A DNA stretch of 14,674 nt from Nitrospinota bacterium. Its GTDB lineage: Bacteria > UBA8248. Both the position numbers and the translations under genes were made by a program. Position 1 is the first letter of the stretch; each line of letters begins with the position of its first letter. The notes beneath the pieces were generated by a model. That model saw only the letters and a list, made by a program, of their open reading frames with translations. It did no database searches and was not told the DNA's origin. The DNA is taken from the NCBI GenBank assembly GCA_030754595.1, contig JASLZZ010000008.1:1-14674 (forward strand), written 5' to 3'. Positions 1 through 8,118 of this stretch are shown here, in pieces.

Positions 1-59
1 TTGCGGGTCTTGCGACGGATGTCATTGACGATCTTTTCAGAGGACACTTCCTTGCTCAT
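1..59 (-). CDS. IS3-family transposase OrfA, N-terminal fragment (runs off window)
   Basis: ATG at 59-57 with AGGAG upstream. Translates MSKEVSSEKIVNDIRRKTR, resembling the 'EKxVxDIRRxTR(R/K)xxSAEEKIRIV' start of a common IS3 OrfA group. Only 19 codons are visible. Confidence 0.7.
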   Translation of the reverse strand, partial: MSKEVSSEKIVNDIRRKTR

Positions 60-145
60 CTCACGCTCCTTCCAAAGATGAATGGGTCAGAAAGTACCTC
101 TTAGCGTATCACCCCAAATGGTCCACTAGGTTCTGAACCCATACA
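1..145 (-). mobile_element. IS3-family insertion sequence, left end (IRL) plus start of transposase orfA; continues beyond the window's left edge
   Basis: The minus strand from 145 reads TGTATGGGTTCAGAACCTAGTGGACCA (5'-TG terminus typical of IS3). It is followed by an AGGAG RBS and an ORF start typical of IS3 OrfA. A 20/27-nt similar end occurs at 12458. Confidence 0.75.
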
Positions 146-171
146 GGCGAGAAAATGCTTGATTTCAGGTA

Positions 172-196
172 GAATTACTAACTCGCCATGCACAGG
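172..196 (+). repeat. 25-bp dispersed repeat, copy 1 (putative transposon/MITE terminal repeat)
   Basis: GAATTACTAACTCGCCATGCACAGG is 24/25 identical to 14511-14535 in the same orientation. Confidence 0.85.
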
Positions 197-202
197 ACCA
201 TA

Positions 203-547
203 TCAGGCGTTCAATCCCTCGATGTGGGAATCTTCGCTCTTCGCGCGGACCATGAAGCTCAGCTCGGTCATGCCCTCTTCGGAGTGGAGCGTGTGCTTCA
301 CGCCGGCGGGCGTGAGAACGAGGTCACCGGCCTCCACCTCGAATTCCTGGTCCCCGACGACCGCCGTGCCCCGGCCCGTCAAGATGAACCAGTACTCCTC
401 CTCCTCGTGGGAATGGAGAGGCACGTTGTCCGGACCGATCTTGCCGACCACCACGTGGTTCATCGTGGCGCTTTCTTGCAGCTCGTAAATGACATGCTCG
501 TGGGGGGCGAGCCCCTTCTCGGCATCGCGCCGAAACACGACGTGCAT
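203..547 (-). CDS. Cupin domain protein (114 aa)
   Basis: C-terminal part of ORF 203..1153. ATG at 547 is preceded by GGAGG. Cupin motif 1 PLHSHEEEEYWFILTGRG and motif 2 AGDLVLTPAGVKH give the His/His/Glu/His metal ligands. Confidence 0.9.
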   Translation of the reverse strand: MHVVFRRDAEKGLAPHEHVIYELQESATMNHVVVGKIGPDNVPLHSHEEEEYWFILTGRGTAVVGDQEFEVEAGDLVLTPAGVKHTLHSEEGMTELSFMVRAKSEDSHIEGLNA

Positions 548-579
548 CGCCACTTCCTCCCGATCAGCCCTTCGGGCCG

Positions 580-1332
580 TCAAATGGTGAATCCACCATC
601 CACCGAAATGGTCGCCCCCGTGGTCCAGTCCGACTCGGCGGAGGCGAGATAGGTGACCACACCCGCCAGATCGGCAGGGCGCCCGAAACGGCCCAGCGGC
701 GTCTGGCCGACCATCTGGGCGTGGATCTCCTCGTCTTGTAGAAGCTTGTAGTTCAGGTCCGTCTCGACCACCCCGGGCAGCACCGCGTTGACGCAGATCC
801 CATCGGGAGCGAGGGCCTGGGCCAGCGTCTTGGTCAGCAGATGCGCGGCCGCCTTGCTCGAGGCGTAGACCGCCACGCCCGGATCGGGGCGCAGGACCGT
901 GGCCGATATAATATTGATGATCTTCCCTCCGCCGCCCTGCTTGCGCATCTGCCGGGCGGCCGCCTGGGCCATGAAAAAGGGCCCCTTGAAGTTGACGCCC
1001 AGGACTCTGTCCAGGGTCTCTTCGTCGACGTCGAGGAAATCGCCCGCGTCGAAGGCCCCGGCGTTGTTCACGACCACGTCGACCCGGCCCATCCGGGAAA
1101 CCGCCTCTTCCATCAATCGGTCCACCTCCTCCTTTCGGGAGATGTCGGCGCAAATCGCCCAGGCCCTCCCTCCTCCTCTCTCAATCTCCTCCACCACCTT
1201 GTCCGCCTTGGCCTGGTGGGCAACGTAGTTCACGATCAGTTGGGCACCCTCCCGAGCCAAGCCGAGGGCGATGCCCCTGCCGATCCCTCGGGAGCCCCCA
1301 GTCACAACAGCCGCGCGACCCTCAAGTCTCAT
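580..1332 (-). CDS. Classical short-chain dehydrogenase/reductase (SDR1)
   Basis: TGGSRGIG, NNAG, catalytic S...YASSK, terminal VDGG; 250 aa. Confidence 0.95.
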   Translation of the reverse strand: MRLEGRAAVVTGGSRGIGRGIALGLAREGAQLIVNYVAHQAKADKVVEEIERGGGRAWAICADISRKEEVDRLMEEAVSRMGRVDVVVNNAGAFDAGDFLDVDEETLDRVLGVNFKGPFFMAQAAARQMRKQGGGGKIINIISATVLRPDPGVAVYASSKAAAHLLTKTLAQALAPDGICVNAVLPGVVETDLNYKLLQDEEIHAQMVGQTPLGRFGRPADLAGVVTYLASAESDWTTGATISVDGGFTI

Positions 1333-1414
1333 CTTCTCTCACCCCCCGGAACTCCCATAAGGCACCCTGGAAATTGCCCTTGGTTGCATGTGTCACGAAA
1401 CCTTCTAAAGAGCG

Positions 1415-1506
1415 TGTCAACTCCAAAGCTTGACATCGAGGGTAAATTGACATTAAGTTCTTTTTACTATATTCAGGGTGAATTGCCATTAAAATCTTTT
1501 TATTCT
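1415..1506. promoter_or_regulatory. AT-rich divergent promoter/operator region with tandem 32-bp repeat
   Basis: Lies between divergent SDR genes. TGTCAA (1415-1420)-N9-TTGACA (1430-1435) inverted pair, a further TTGACA at 1447-1452, and direct repeats 1439-1470 and 1475-1506 (26/32 identical). Confidence 0.6.
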
Positions 1507-1622
1507 GCTTTTGACCGGTTCCGCTTCCCCTTCGAGGTCGAACCGTCGGCGAAGGAGGCAATCTTGCCCCGATTTTATGCCTGTGGGCCGACCTCGTCGA
1601 GCGGTTCCGAAGGGAATGGCGA

Positions 1623-2375
1623 ATGAAACTCAAAGGACAATCGATCCTCGTGACCGGAGGCTCGCGCGGAATCGGGCGCGGCGTGGCCGTTGGCCTTGCC
1701 CGCGAGGGGGCGGACGTCGCGGTCAACTACGTGGAGCGGGCGGACGCGGCCGAGGAGGTGGTGAAGGAGATCGAATCCCTCGGAAGGAGGGCGCTTGCCG
1801 TCAAGGCGAACGTCTCCAAGCGAGACGAAGTCAATGCCATGGTGAAGACCATCGTCGACGCGTGGGGGAGGATCGACGTTTTGGTCAACAACGCCGGGGT
1901 CATCGTTTTCAAGGACTTCTTCGACACGACCGAGGAAGACTGGGATTGGATCCACTCGACCAACTTGAAGGGCTCCTTTCTCGTCACCCAGACTGTCGCG
2001 AAGGAGATGGTGAAGGCGGGGGGCGGTCGGATCGTCTTCGTCAACTCTGAGGCGGGCATCAAGGCCCACCCGGTCATCAGCGCCTACAACGCCTCGAAGG
2101 GCGGTCAACTCATGCTGATGAGGTCGGTCGCCCTGGCGCTCGCCCCCCATAAGATTCGGGTGAACTCGGTCCTGCCTTTCTGCGTCCCGACCGATCAGAA
2201 CGCCGAGCGAATGAGCGATCCCAAGATGGTAGAGGCCATTATCGACGCCACCCCCCTGGGACGGCTTGGTACTCCTGAGGATGTCCTGCATGCAATCGTC
2301 TACCTCGTCTCGGAGGATTCGAGTTGGATGACGGGCGCCTCGATTTCGCTTGATGGCGGGTTCACCATCACCTGA
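1623..2375 (+). CDS. Classical SDR (SDR2)
   Basis: TGGSRGIG, NNAG, S...YNASK, LDGG; 250 aa. Confidence 0.95.
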   Translation: MKLKGQSILVTGGSRGIGRGVAVGLAREGADVAVNYVERADAAEEVVKEIESLGRRALAVKANVSKRDEVNAMVKTIVDAWGRIDVLVNNAGVIVFKDFFDTTEEDWDWIHSTNLKGSFLVTQTVAKEMVKAGGGRIVFVNSEAGIKAHPVISAYNASKGGQLMLMRSVALALAPHKIRVNSVLPFCVPTDQNAERMSDPKMVEAIIDATPLGRLGTPEDVLHAIVYLVSEDSSWMTGASISLDGGFTIT

Positions 2376-2428
2376 GCCGAAAGGACGAAGGGCGCGGCTC
2401 CACGGCGAGCTCTCATGGAGGAGGCCCT

Positions 2429-3388
2429 ATGCAGCGGCTCCCGCTTGATCAGGCGATCGGCTACCTGTTGAGCAAGGACCTCCCTCCGGCACTGGGAGTA
2501 CAGCCGGGCGAGTCCTTCATCGTCGAGACCGAGGACAACGTCGAGGGCGGGCTTCGAAGTGAGGATCGCCTGCCCACCGTGGAGAATGTGCCGGGGCTTG
2601 CGTACACTCCTGCCAGGGCGAACCCGGTGGCGGGACCTATTTACGTCGAAGGCGCGAAGAAAGGGGATACCCTCGCGGTCCACATCGACCGGGTCGTGCC
2701 GGACATGCAGGGGGTGACTTTCTTCGGTATCGGCATCGGACCCCTCGACTTTTCGCCGAAGTGGCCCGAGCTCGGAAAACCTTTCACCAAAATCATCCGC
2801 CACGCGAATGGCCCGAGCGGCACGACGCGGGACGGCAGAGCGCTGTTCAGCGACAAGGTGAGCTGGGATCTCGAGCCGTTCATCGGAACCATCGCGACGG
2901 CGCCTGAATGGGAGGCGGAGTCCTCGGTGCTCGGCCAGGGGCTCTTCGGGGGCAACATGGACGTGCGCGACATCAAGGAGGGCAACACCCTTTTCCTCAA
3001 CTGTTTCGCCGAGGGCGGCCTCCTCTTCGTCGGAGACGTCCATGCCTCCCAATCCGACACCGAATGGTACGCCGCCGCCAACGAGTGCCGCGCTGAACTG
3101 GAGCTTCGGTGTGAAGTGATCGAGAACAAGCAGATCCCGAACCCACGCATCGAGACGCCCGACTCCATCATCCAGCTTTGCAGCGACAAGCCGCTTGAGG
3201 CCGCCGTCAACCGGGCCATGACCGATCTCGTGGATTGGATTGTGACGGACTACGGCTTGGACGTGAAGGACGCCTACATGTTCATGTCGATTTGTCCGGA
3301 CGTGAGGATCCGCATTTACCAGATGTGTCCGATCGGGCGGCTCCGCTTCACCGTGGGGGCCGAGATCGCGAAGCGTCACCTCGTCTAA
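2429..3388 (+). CDS. Acetamidase/formamidase (FmdA_AmdA) family protein
   Basis: GGAGG RBS. Motifs NPVAGPIYVEGAKKGDTL, PFIGTIATAP, GGNMD and GDVHASQxDxE. Confidence 0.9.
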   Translation: MQRLPLDQAIGYLLSKDLPPALGVQPGESFIVETEDNVEGGLRSEDRLPTVENVPGLAYTPARANPVAGPIYVEGAKKGDTLAVHIDRVVPDMQGVTFFGIGIGPLDFSPKWPELGKPFTKIIRHANGPSGTTRDGRALFSDKVSWDLEPFIGTIATAPEWEAESSVLGQGLFGGNMDVRDIKEGNTLFLNCFAEGGLLFVGDVHASQSDTEWYAAANECRAELELRCEVIENKQIPNPRIETPDSIIQLCSDKPLEAAVNRAMTDLVDWIVTDYGLDVKDAYMFMSICPDVRIRIYQMCPIGRLRFTVGAEIAKRHLV

Positions 3389-3402
3389 AGGAAGGGAACG
3401 CC

Positions 3403-3624
3403 ATGCCCACTATCGTGGTTAACCTGACGGAAGGTCGGACGGACGACCAGAAGCGCGAGATCATCAAGGAGATCACGAATATTTTCGTCCGCCAAGGGGT
3501 CCCCTCCAAGGGGGTCACCGTGATCCTGAACGAGATATCCGAGATGCACTATGGGATAGACGGAGAAGCGGTGGCGGACAAGTTCAAGAGTCCCGAGGAT
3601 GTCGCGGCCTACTTCGGAACGTAA
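3403..3624 (+). CDS. 4-oxalocrotonate tautomerase-family protein (73 aa)
   Basis: ATG at 3403 after AAGGAAGGG gives an N-terminal Pro1 after Met removal. Motifs EGRTDDQK (Arg11) and HYGIDG. Confidence 0.9.
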   Translation: MPTIVVNLTEGRTDDQKREIIKEITNIFVRQGVPSKGVTVILNEISEMHYGIDGEAVADKFKSPEDVAAYFGT

Positions 3625-3644
3625 GGGTGGATGGGGAGGCGAGC

Positions 3645-4400
3645 GTGGATTTCAGCGGCAAAGTAGCCCTCGTCACCGGAGGCTCCCGCGGAATGGGGCG
3701 GGAAGTCGCAATCTGCCTCGGGCGAGAGGGAGCGGACGTGGCCATCAACTACGCATCAGACGCCGCCTCTGCCGAGGAGGTGGTGGCCCAAATCAAGGCG
3801 ATGGGCCGCCGTGCCTTCGCGGTCCAGGCGGACATCCGGGATCGCGCCGCCGTCGAGGCGATGGCCGCGAGGACGCGGGAGGAGCTCGGGACCGTCTCGG
3901 TCCTCATCCTGAGCGCGGGTCAGCTCATCGTCCGCGATTTCCTCGAGACGAGCGAGGAGGATTGGGACCTCATGTGGGATATCCACATGAAGGGGAGCTT
4001 CCTCGTGACGCAGGCCGTGGCCCGCCAAATGCGGGAAGCGGGCGGGGGGAGCATCGTCATCGTCACCTCCAGCACCGCGGACAAGGTCGCCGACCCCGGC
4101 ATCGCGGCCTACGCTTCCTCGAAGGCGGGGCAGACGATGTACGCCAAATCCCTCGCCTTCGCCTTGGCCGGCGAGAACATCCGCGTCAACGTCGTTCTTC
4201 CGGGCTCGACCCGCACCGATATGATTGCCTCGTGGGTTGAAGATCCCGAAGTGGAGAAAAAGCTCATCGAACCCATCCCGATGAAGCGCCTCGGGACGGT
4301 GGAGGACGTCGCCGCTGCTTGCCTTTTCCTCGCCTCGGACCAGGCCTCGTTCATCACCGGCGCCACCGTCGCCGTCGACGGGGGCTATACACTCGCATGA
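3645..4400 (+). CDS. Classical SDR (SDR3)
   Basis: GTG at 3645 downstream of GGAGG (alternative start 3627). TGGSRGMG, SS...YASSK, VDGG. NNAG is replaced by LSAG. Confidence 0.9.
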   Translation: MDFSGKVALVTGGSRGMGREVAICLGREGADVAINYASDAASAEEVVAQIKAMGRRAFAVQADIRDRAAVEAMAARTREELGTVSVLILSAGQLIVRDFLETSEEDWDLMWDIHMKGSFLVTQAVARQMREAGGGSIVIVTSSTADKVADPGIAAYASSKAGQTMYAKSLAFALAGENIRVNVVLPGSTRTDMIASWVEDPEVEKKLIEPIPMKRLGTVEDVAAACLFLASDQASFITGATVAVDGGYTLA

Positions 4401-5176
4401 ATAAAGGGTTCAGCGTGAACCGGCGAATGGAGAACCAGGTGGTCCTCGTGACCGGCTCCTCCCGGGGCATCGGCCGCGGCATCGCGAACGACCTCGCCAA
4501 GGAGGGGGCCAAGATCGCGGTCAACTACGTTCATCAGGAGGACAAGGCCCGGGAGATCGTCGGGGAGATCGAAGCGGCCGGCGGCCAGGCCATCGCCTGT
4601 CAGGCCAACGTCTCCGACAAGGAGCAGGTCGACGCCATGGTGGTCAAGATCGTTGAGGCCTTTGGCCGCATCGACCTTCTGGTGAACAACGCCGGCGTCG
4701 TCGTCTTCAAGGAGTTCTTCGATTTCACCGAGGAGGACTGGGACTACACCTGCGACACGAACGTCAAGGGCGTTTTTCTCACGAGCCAGGCCGTGGCCCG
4801 GGAGATGGTGAAGACCGGCGGGGGCAACATCGTGGGAGTGGCCTCCATCTCAGGCAAGAAAGTGACCTCCCATACGCAGACCGCCTACTGTGCCTCCAAG
4901 GGCGGCTATCATATGTTGATCAAGTGCATGGCGGTGGCACTGGCCCCGTATAAAATCCGCGTGAACGCCGTGCTCCCGGGTGGCATCCCCACGGACCAGA
5001 ACATCGAGTTCCTCCAGGTCCCCGATATCCGCGATTACTTCGTCGGCCGAACGCCGGTCGGCCGGCTGGGCACGCCGGAGGACGTTTCGGGCGCAATCAA
5101 GTACTTCGTCTCCGAGGAGGCGGGCTGGGTGACGGGCTCCCTCCTCGTCATGGACGGGGGATATATCCTCCAGTAA
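4397..5176 (+). CDS. Classical SDR (SDR4)
   Basis: ATGA overlap with the SDR3 stop (alternative starts 4415 GTG or 4427 ATG). TGSSRGIG, NNAG, S...YCASK, MDGG. Confidence 0.9.
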   Translation: MNKGFSVNRRMENQVVLVTGSSRGIGRGIANDLAKEGAKIAVNYVHQEDKAREIVGEIEAAGGQAIACQANVSDKEQVDAMVVKIVEAFGRIDLLVNNAGVVVFKEFFDFTEEDWDYTCDTNVKGVFLTSQAVAREMVKTGGGNIVGVASISGKKVTSHTQTAYCASKGGYHMLIKCMAVALAPYKIRVNAVLPGGIPTDQNIEFLQVPDIRDYFVGRTPVGRLGTPEDVSGAIKYFVSEEAGWVTGSLLVMDGGYILQ

Positions 5177-5208
5177 GTGGTATTCTTCGCAGACGGTGAT
5201 GAGGGCAG

Positions 5209-5640
5209 ATGAAAATAACGGGCGTCCACCACTCCACGATCGGCGTGAGCGACCTCGAATGCTCGCTCGCCTTCTATCGTGACCTCCTGGGCCTACGGAA
5301 GGTTCGCGTCTGGGAGGAGGCTGACGCCCAACTCGATCTGATCGTCGGGCTGGAGGACGCCCGATTGCGGATCGCGCACCTCGACACGGGGGCGGGCGTG
5401 GTGGAGCTGATCGAATACGCTCATCCCAAGGGGAGACCGATCTCGCCCGAGTTCCGCCAGTGCGACATCGGCCCCACCCACCTTGCCTTCCTGGTCGAGG
5501 ACATCGAGGCGCTCCACGATAAGTTGAGGGGCGCGGGCGTGCGGTTCAGTTCCCCCCCGCAGGAGCGTCCCAACGGCTGGAAGGCGACATATTTCTTCGA
5601 TCCGGACGGGACGACGCTCGAGCTTCTCCAGGAGCCGTAG
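5209..5640 (+). CDS. VOC / glyoxalase / methylmalonyl-CoA-epimerase-like protein
   Basis: HHSTIGVSDL..SLAFYRDLLG, VELIEY, HLAFLVEDI and FFDPDGTTLEL give a His/Glu/His/Glu metal-ligand pattern. Confidence 0.9.
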   Translation: MKITGVHHSTIGVSDLECSLAFYRDLLGLRKVRVWEEADAQLDLIVGLEDARLRIAHLDTGAGVVELIEYAHPKGRPISPEFRQCDIGPTHLAFLVEDIEALHDKLRGAGVRFSSPPQERPNGWKATYFFDPDGTTLELLQEP

Positions 5641-5850
5641 GGATGCGCCCGCTGGGACTCGCCGGGCGGGCCGCAACGGCCTGGTGCTGGCCGGATAGAA
5701 GTTGGTTTTGTGGGGGAGAACTCGCTTGGAGAAAAAGGCAGTTCCCGTAGAGTCCTGGAAGAAGAGGAGGAGCCATATGGAGGAGTCCTCAAACGCCTCG
5801 TGAAAGCCAAAACGAGGAACTTTCTCAAACTACAGGGGAGGAGAATTGAG

Positions 5851-6999
5851 ATGATTTCCCGAAGGATTTTATGCCTCATCAGCGTGTTCGTTTTCGCCCT
5901 CGGCCTGGTCGCGGGCGTAGGAGTGGCGGCGGCGGCAAAAGGCAAGGATCTCGTCATCGGCTACGCGAGCCCTCTGACGGGTCGAGCGGCCAAGTATGGG
6001 GCCTCCCAGAAGCGGGGGGCGGCCATGGCCATCGATGAGATCAACGCGAAGGGCGGCGTGAACGGCGTCAAGCTCAAGCTCGTCTGGGAAGACTCGAAAT
6101 GTATCCCGGTCGAAGGGGTCAACGCCGCCGAGCGGCTGGTCGTGAAGCACAAGGTCGACATCCTCATGGGGGAGACCTGCAGCTCCACGACGCTGGCCAT
6201 GCTGAAGGTCATCGAGGAGCACAAGATCCCCTTGGTGGTCCAGACCTCCACGGCGCCCGCCATCACCGCCTGCAACGCGCCCACCAAGGGATATGTCTTC
6301 CGCATAGTGCCCACCAATGACCTCTTGGCGGAACAGCTGGCGGCGTATATTCTGGATAAGAAAAAGTTGAAGAAGATCGCCGCCGTCACCGACGTGAGCA
6401 ACGATTGGAGCGTCACGTTGCGCGATGCCTTCGTCAAGGAGGCGAAGAAGCGAGGCATCAAACTCATTGCCAGCGAGTCGGTCCAGGGGCGCGAGACCGA
6501 CTTTTTCGCCGTGCTGAACAAAGTGAAGGCCAAGAGGCCCGAGGCTTTGTTCGTCAACGTGATGATCGATCAGGGCCCCCCCATGGTGCGGCAGGCGCAC
6601 GAGATCGGCCTGAGGACCCAGTTGTTCTCGGCTCAGGGGCTCAGCACGCCCGACATGGAGCGGGGCGCCGGAAAGGAAGCCGAAGGCATGGTGGCTTTGG
6701 CCTTCTACCACCCGTCCAATCCGGACGCGCTTTCGAAGAAGTTCACCCGCGCTTTCGCGAAGCGCTATTCGGGGAAGCAGGCCGATCACTATGACGTCCA
6801 GCCGTATGATGCGATATTCGTCATCGCCGATGCCCTTAAGCGGGCAGGCGGGGACAAATCCAAGCTCCGGCAGGCGTTGAAGGAGACGAAGAATTTTAAG
6901 GGGGTCCTCAGCAACATCACGTTCGACGAGTGTGGCCAGGCCCCCGGGGAGATGATGAAGATCCAGTTCCGGGGCGGCAAGATGGTTCCCATGCTCTAG
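5851..6999 (+). CDS. Liv/HAAT-type ABC transporter periplasmic substrate-binding protein
   Basis: ATG at 5851 after GGAGGAG. Sec-type signal peptide. Motifs PLTG, INAKGGVNG, GETCSS, FRIVPT and terminal GVLSNITFD. Confidence 0.92.
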   Translation: MISRRILCLISVFVFALGLVAGVGVAAAAKGKDLVIGYASPLTGRAAKYGASQKRGAAMAIDEINAKGGVNGVKLKLVWEDSKCIPVEGVNAAERLVVKHKVDILMGETCSSTTLAMLKVIEEHKIPLVVQTSTAPAITACNAPTKGYVFRIVPTNDLLAEQLAAYILDKKKLKKIAAVTDVSNDWSVTLRDAFVKEAKKRGIKLIASESVQGRETDFFAVLNKVKAKRPEALFVNVMIDQGPPMVRQAHEIGLRTQLFSAQGLSTPDMERGAGKEAEGMVALAFYHPSNPDALSKKFTRAFAKRYSGKQADHYDVQPYDAIFVIADALKRAGGDKSKLRQALKETKNFKGVLSNITFDECGQAPGEMMKIQFRGGKMVPML

Positions 7000-7043
7000 T
7001 AGCCCGCAAAACGGCAGGACTGAAGGCCAGTTGTACTTCTCCT

Positions 7044-7091
7044 CGGGCCGCCGGCCCGGCACGTGTGCGGCTCCGAGCGGCCGGCGGCCCG
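7044..7091 (+). other. Strong GC-rich intergenic stem-loop after the binding-protein gene
   Basis: CGGGCCGCCGGCC (7044-7056) is perfectly complementary to GGCCGGCGGCCCG (7079-7091). No U-tract follows. Confidence 0.65.
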
Positions 7092-7229
7092 GGAGATTCG
7101 CGAGAGAAGGGGTTGATTCCTCTCCCTTTTCCTATTTGTGGGGGCCAGGGAACCCCGTTTCCGTCGAAACGATGAGTTTCCCTCTCGGGCACCCTCTTGA
7201 CCGCCCGCGCCGCACCCAGAGAAAGGCCC

Positions 7230-8105
7230 ATGTGGGAATTCCTTAACTACCTCATGAACGGCATAGTGAGCGGCAGCGCCTACGTGATGGTGGCGCTCGG
7301 CCTCACCCTGATTTTCGGCATACTCGAAATCCTCCATTTCGCCCACGGCGAGGTGTACATGCTGGGGGCGTATTTCGCCTGGACCATCCTGCGAGTGTAC
7401 GACGTAAACTACCTTCTGGCCGTTTTCCTTTCGATGGTGATCGCCGCCGTGCTGGGCGTCGTCATGGAGTTCCTTTGCTTTCGGCCCCTCCGTGGGAAAC
7501 CCCTCTTCCTGCCGTTGATCAGTGCCGTGGGCCTCTCTTTTTTCTTCACCGATGCGGCGCGTATTCTGTGGAGCCCGAATCCCGAAGCGATCAGCACCGG
7601 CTTCAACCGTTCCATCGTTCACATCGGCGAGTTCTACATTTCGCAACAGCGCATCCTCATGTTCACCGTCGCGGTGGCGAGCATCGTGCTGCTCTACCTG
7701 TTCATCCAGAAGACCTTCATGGGTAAGGCGATGCGCGCGGCCTCCATGGATCTGGAGGCCACGGCGCTGATGGGGATCAACATCGATGTCGTGGTGAGCG
7801 TCACCTTCGCCCTTGGATCGGCGTTGGCGGCGGCGTCAGGCGCCCTCCTGGGTCCCATCTTCGTCCTGGTCCCCCACATGGGGACCCTGGTGGGATTGAA
7901 AGCCTTCGTCTGCGTCATCCTGGGAGGATTCGGAGACGTTCGGGGCACCATCCTGGCGGGATTTCTCATCGGTTTGACCGAAAGTCTCACGGTGGGCTAT
8001 GTCGACAGCCAGCTCAAGGATGCCAGCACATTCGCCGTCCTCATCCTGGTTCTTCTCGTACGTCCTTCGGGGCTGTTCGGCACGAAGGCGGGGAAATTTT
8101 ATTAG
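7230..8105 (+). CDS. livH: LivH-like ABC permease
   Basis: ATG at 7230. Motifs ALGLTLIFGI..HFAHGE, GKAMRA, ILGGFG and LLVRPSGLFG. The symbol is family-level only. Confidence 0.92.
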   Translation: MWEFLNYLMNGIVSGSAYVMVALGLTLIFGILEILHFAHGEVYMLGAYFAWTILRVYDVNYLLAVFLSMVIAAVLGVVMEFLCFRPLRGKPLFLPLISAVGLSFFFTDAARILWSPNPEAISTGFNRSIVHIGEFYISQQRILMFTVAVASIVLLYLFIQKTFMGKAMRAASMDLEATALMGINIDVVVSVTFALGSALAAASGALLGPIFVLVPHMGTLVGLKAFVCVILGGFGDVRGTILAGFLIGLTESLTVGYVDSQLKDASTFAVLILVLLVRPSGLFGTKAGKFY

Positions 8106-8118
8106 GAGGCATCCGCAA

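Noticed and set aside
548..1153. N-terminal 202 codons of ORF 203..1153
   Set aside because: Out-of-frame overlap with SDR1 and low-complexity Arg/Gly content. The cupin has its own RBS and ATG at 547.
5777..5803. 8-codon mini-ORF MEESSNAS with strong RBS upstream of the binding-protein gene (leader peptide?)
   Set aside because: No regulatory codon run or attenuator terminator, and the purine-rich context makes RBS-like matches likely by chance.
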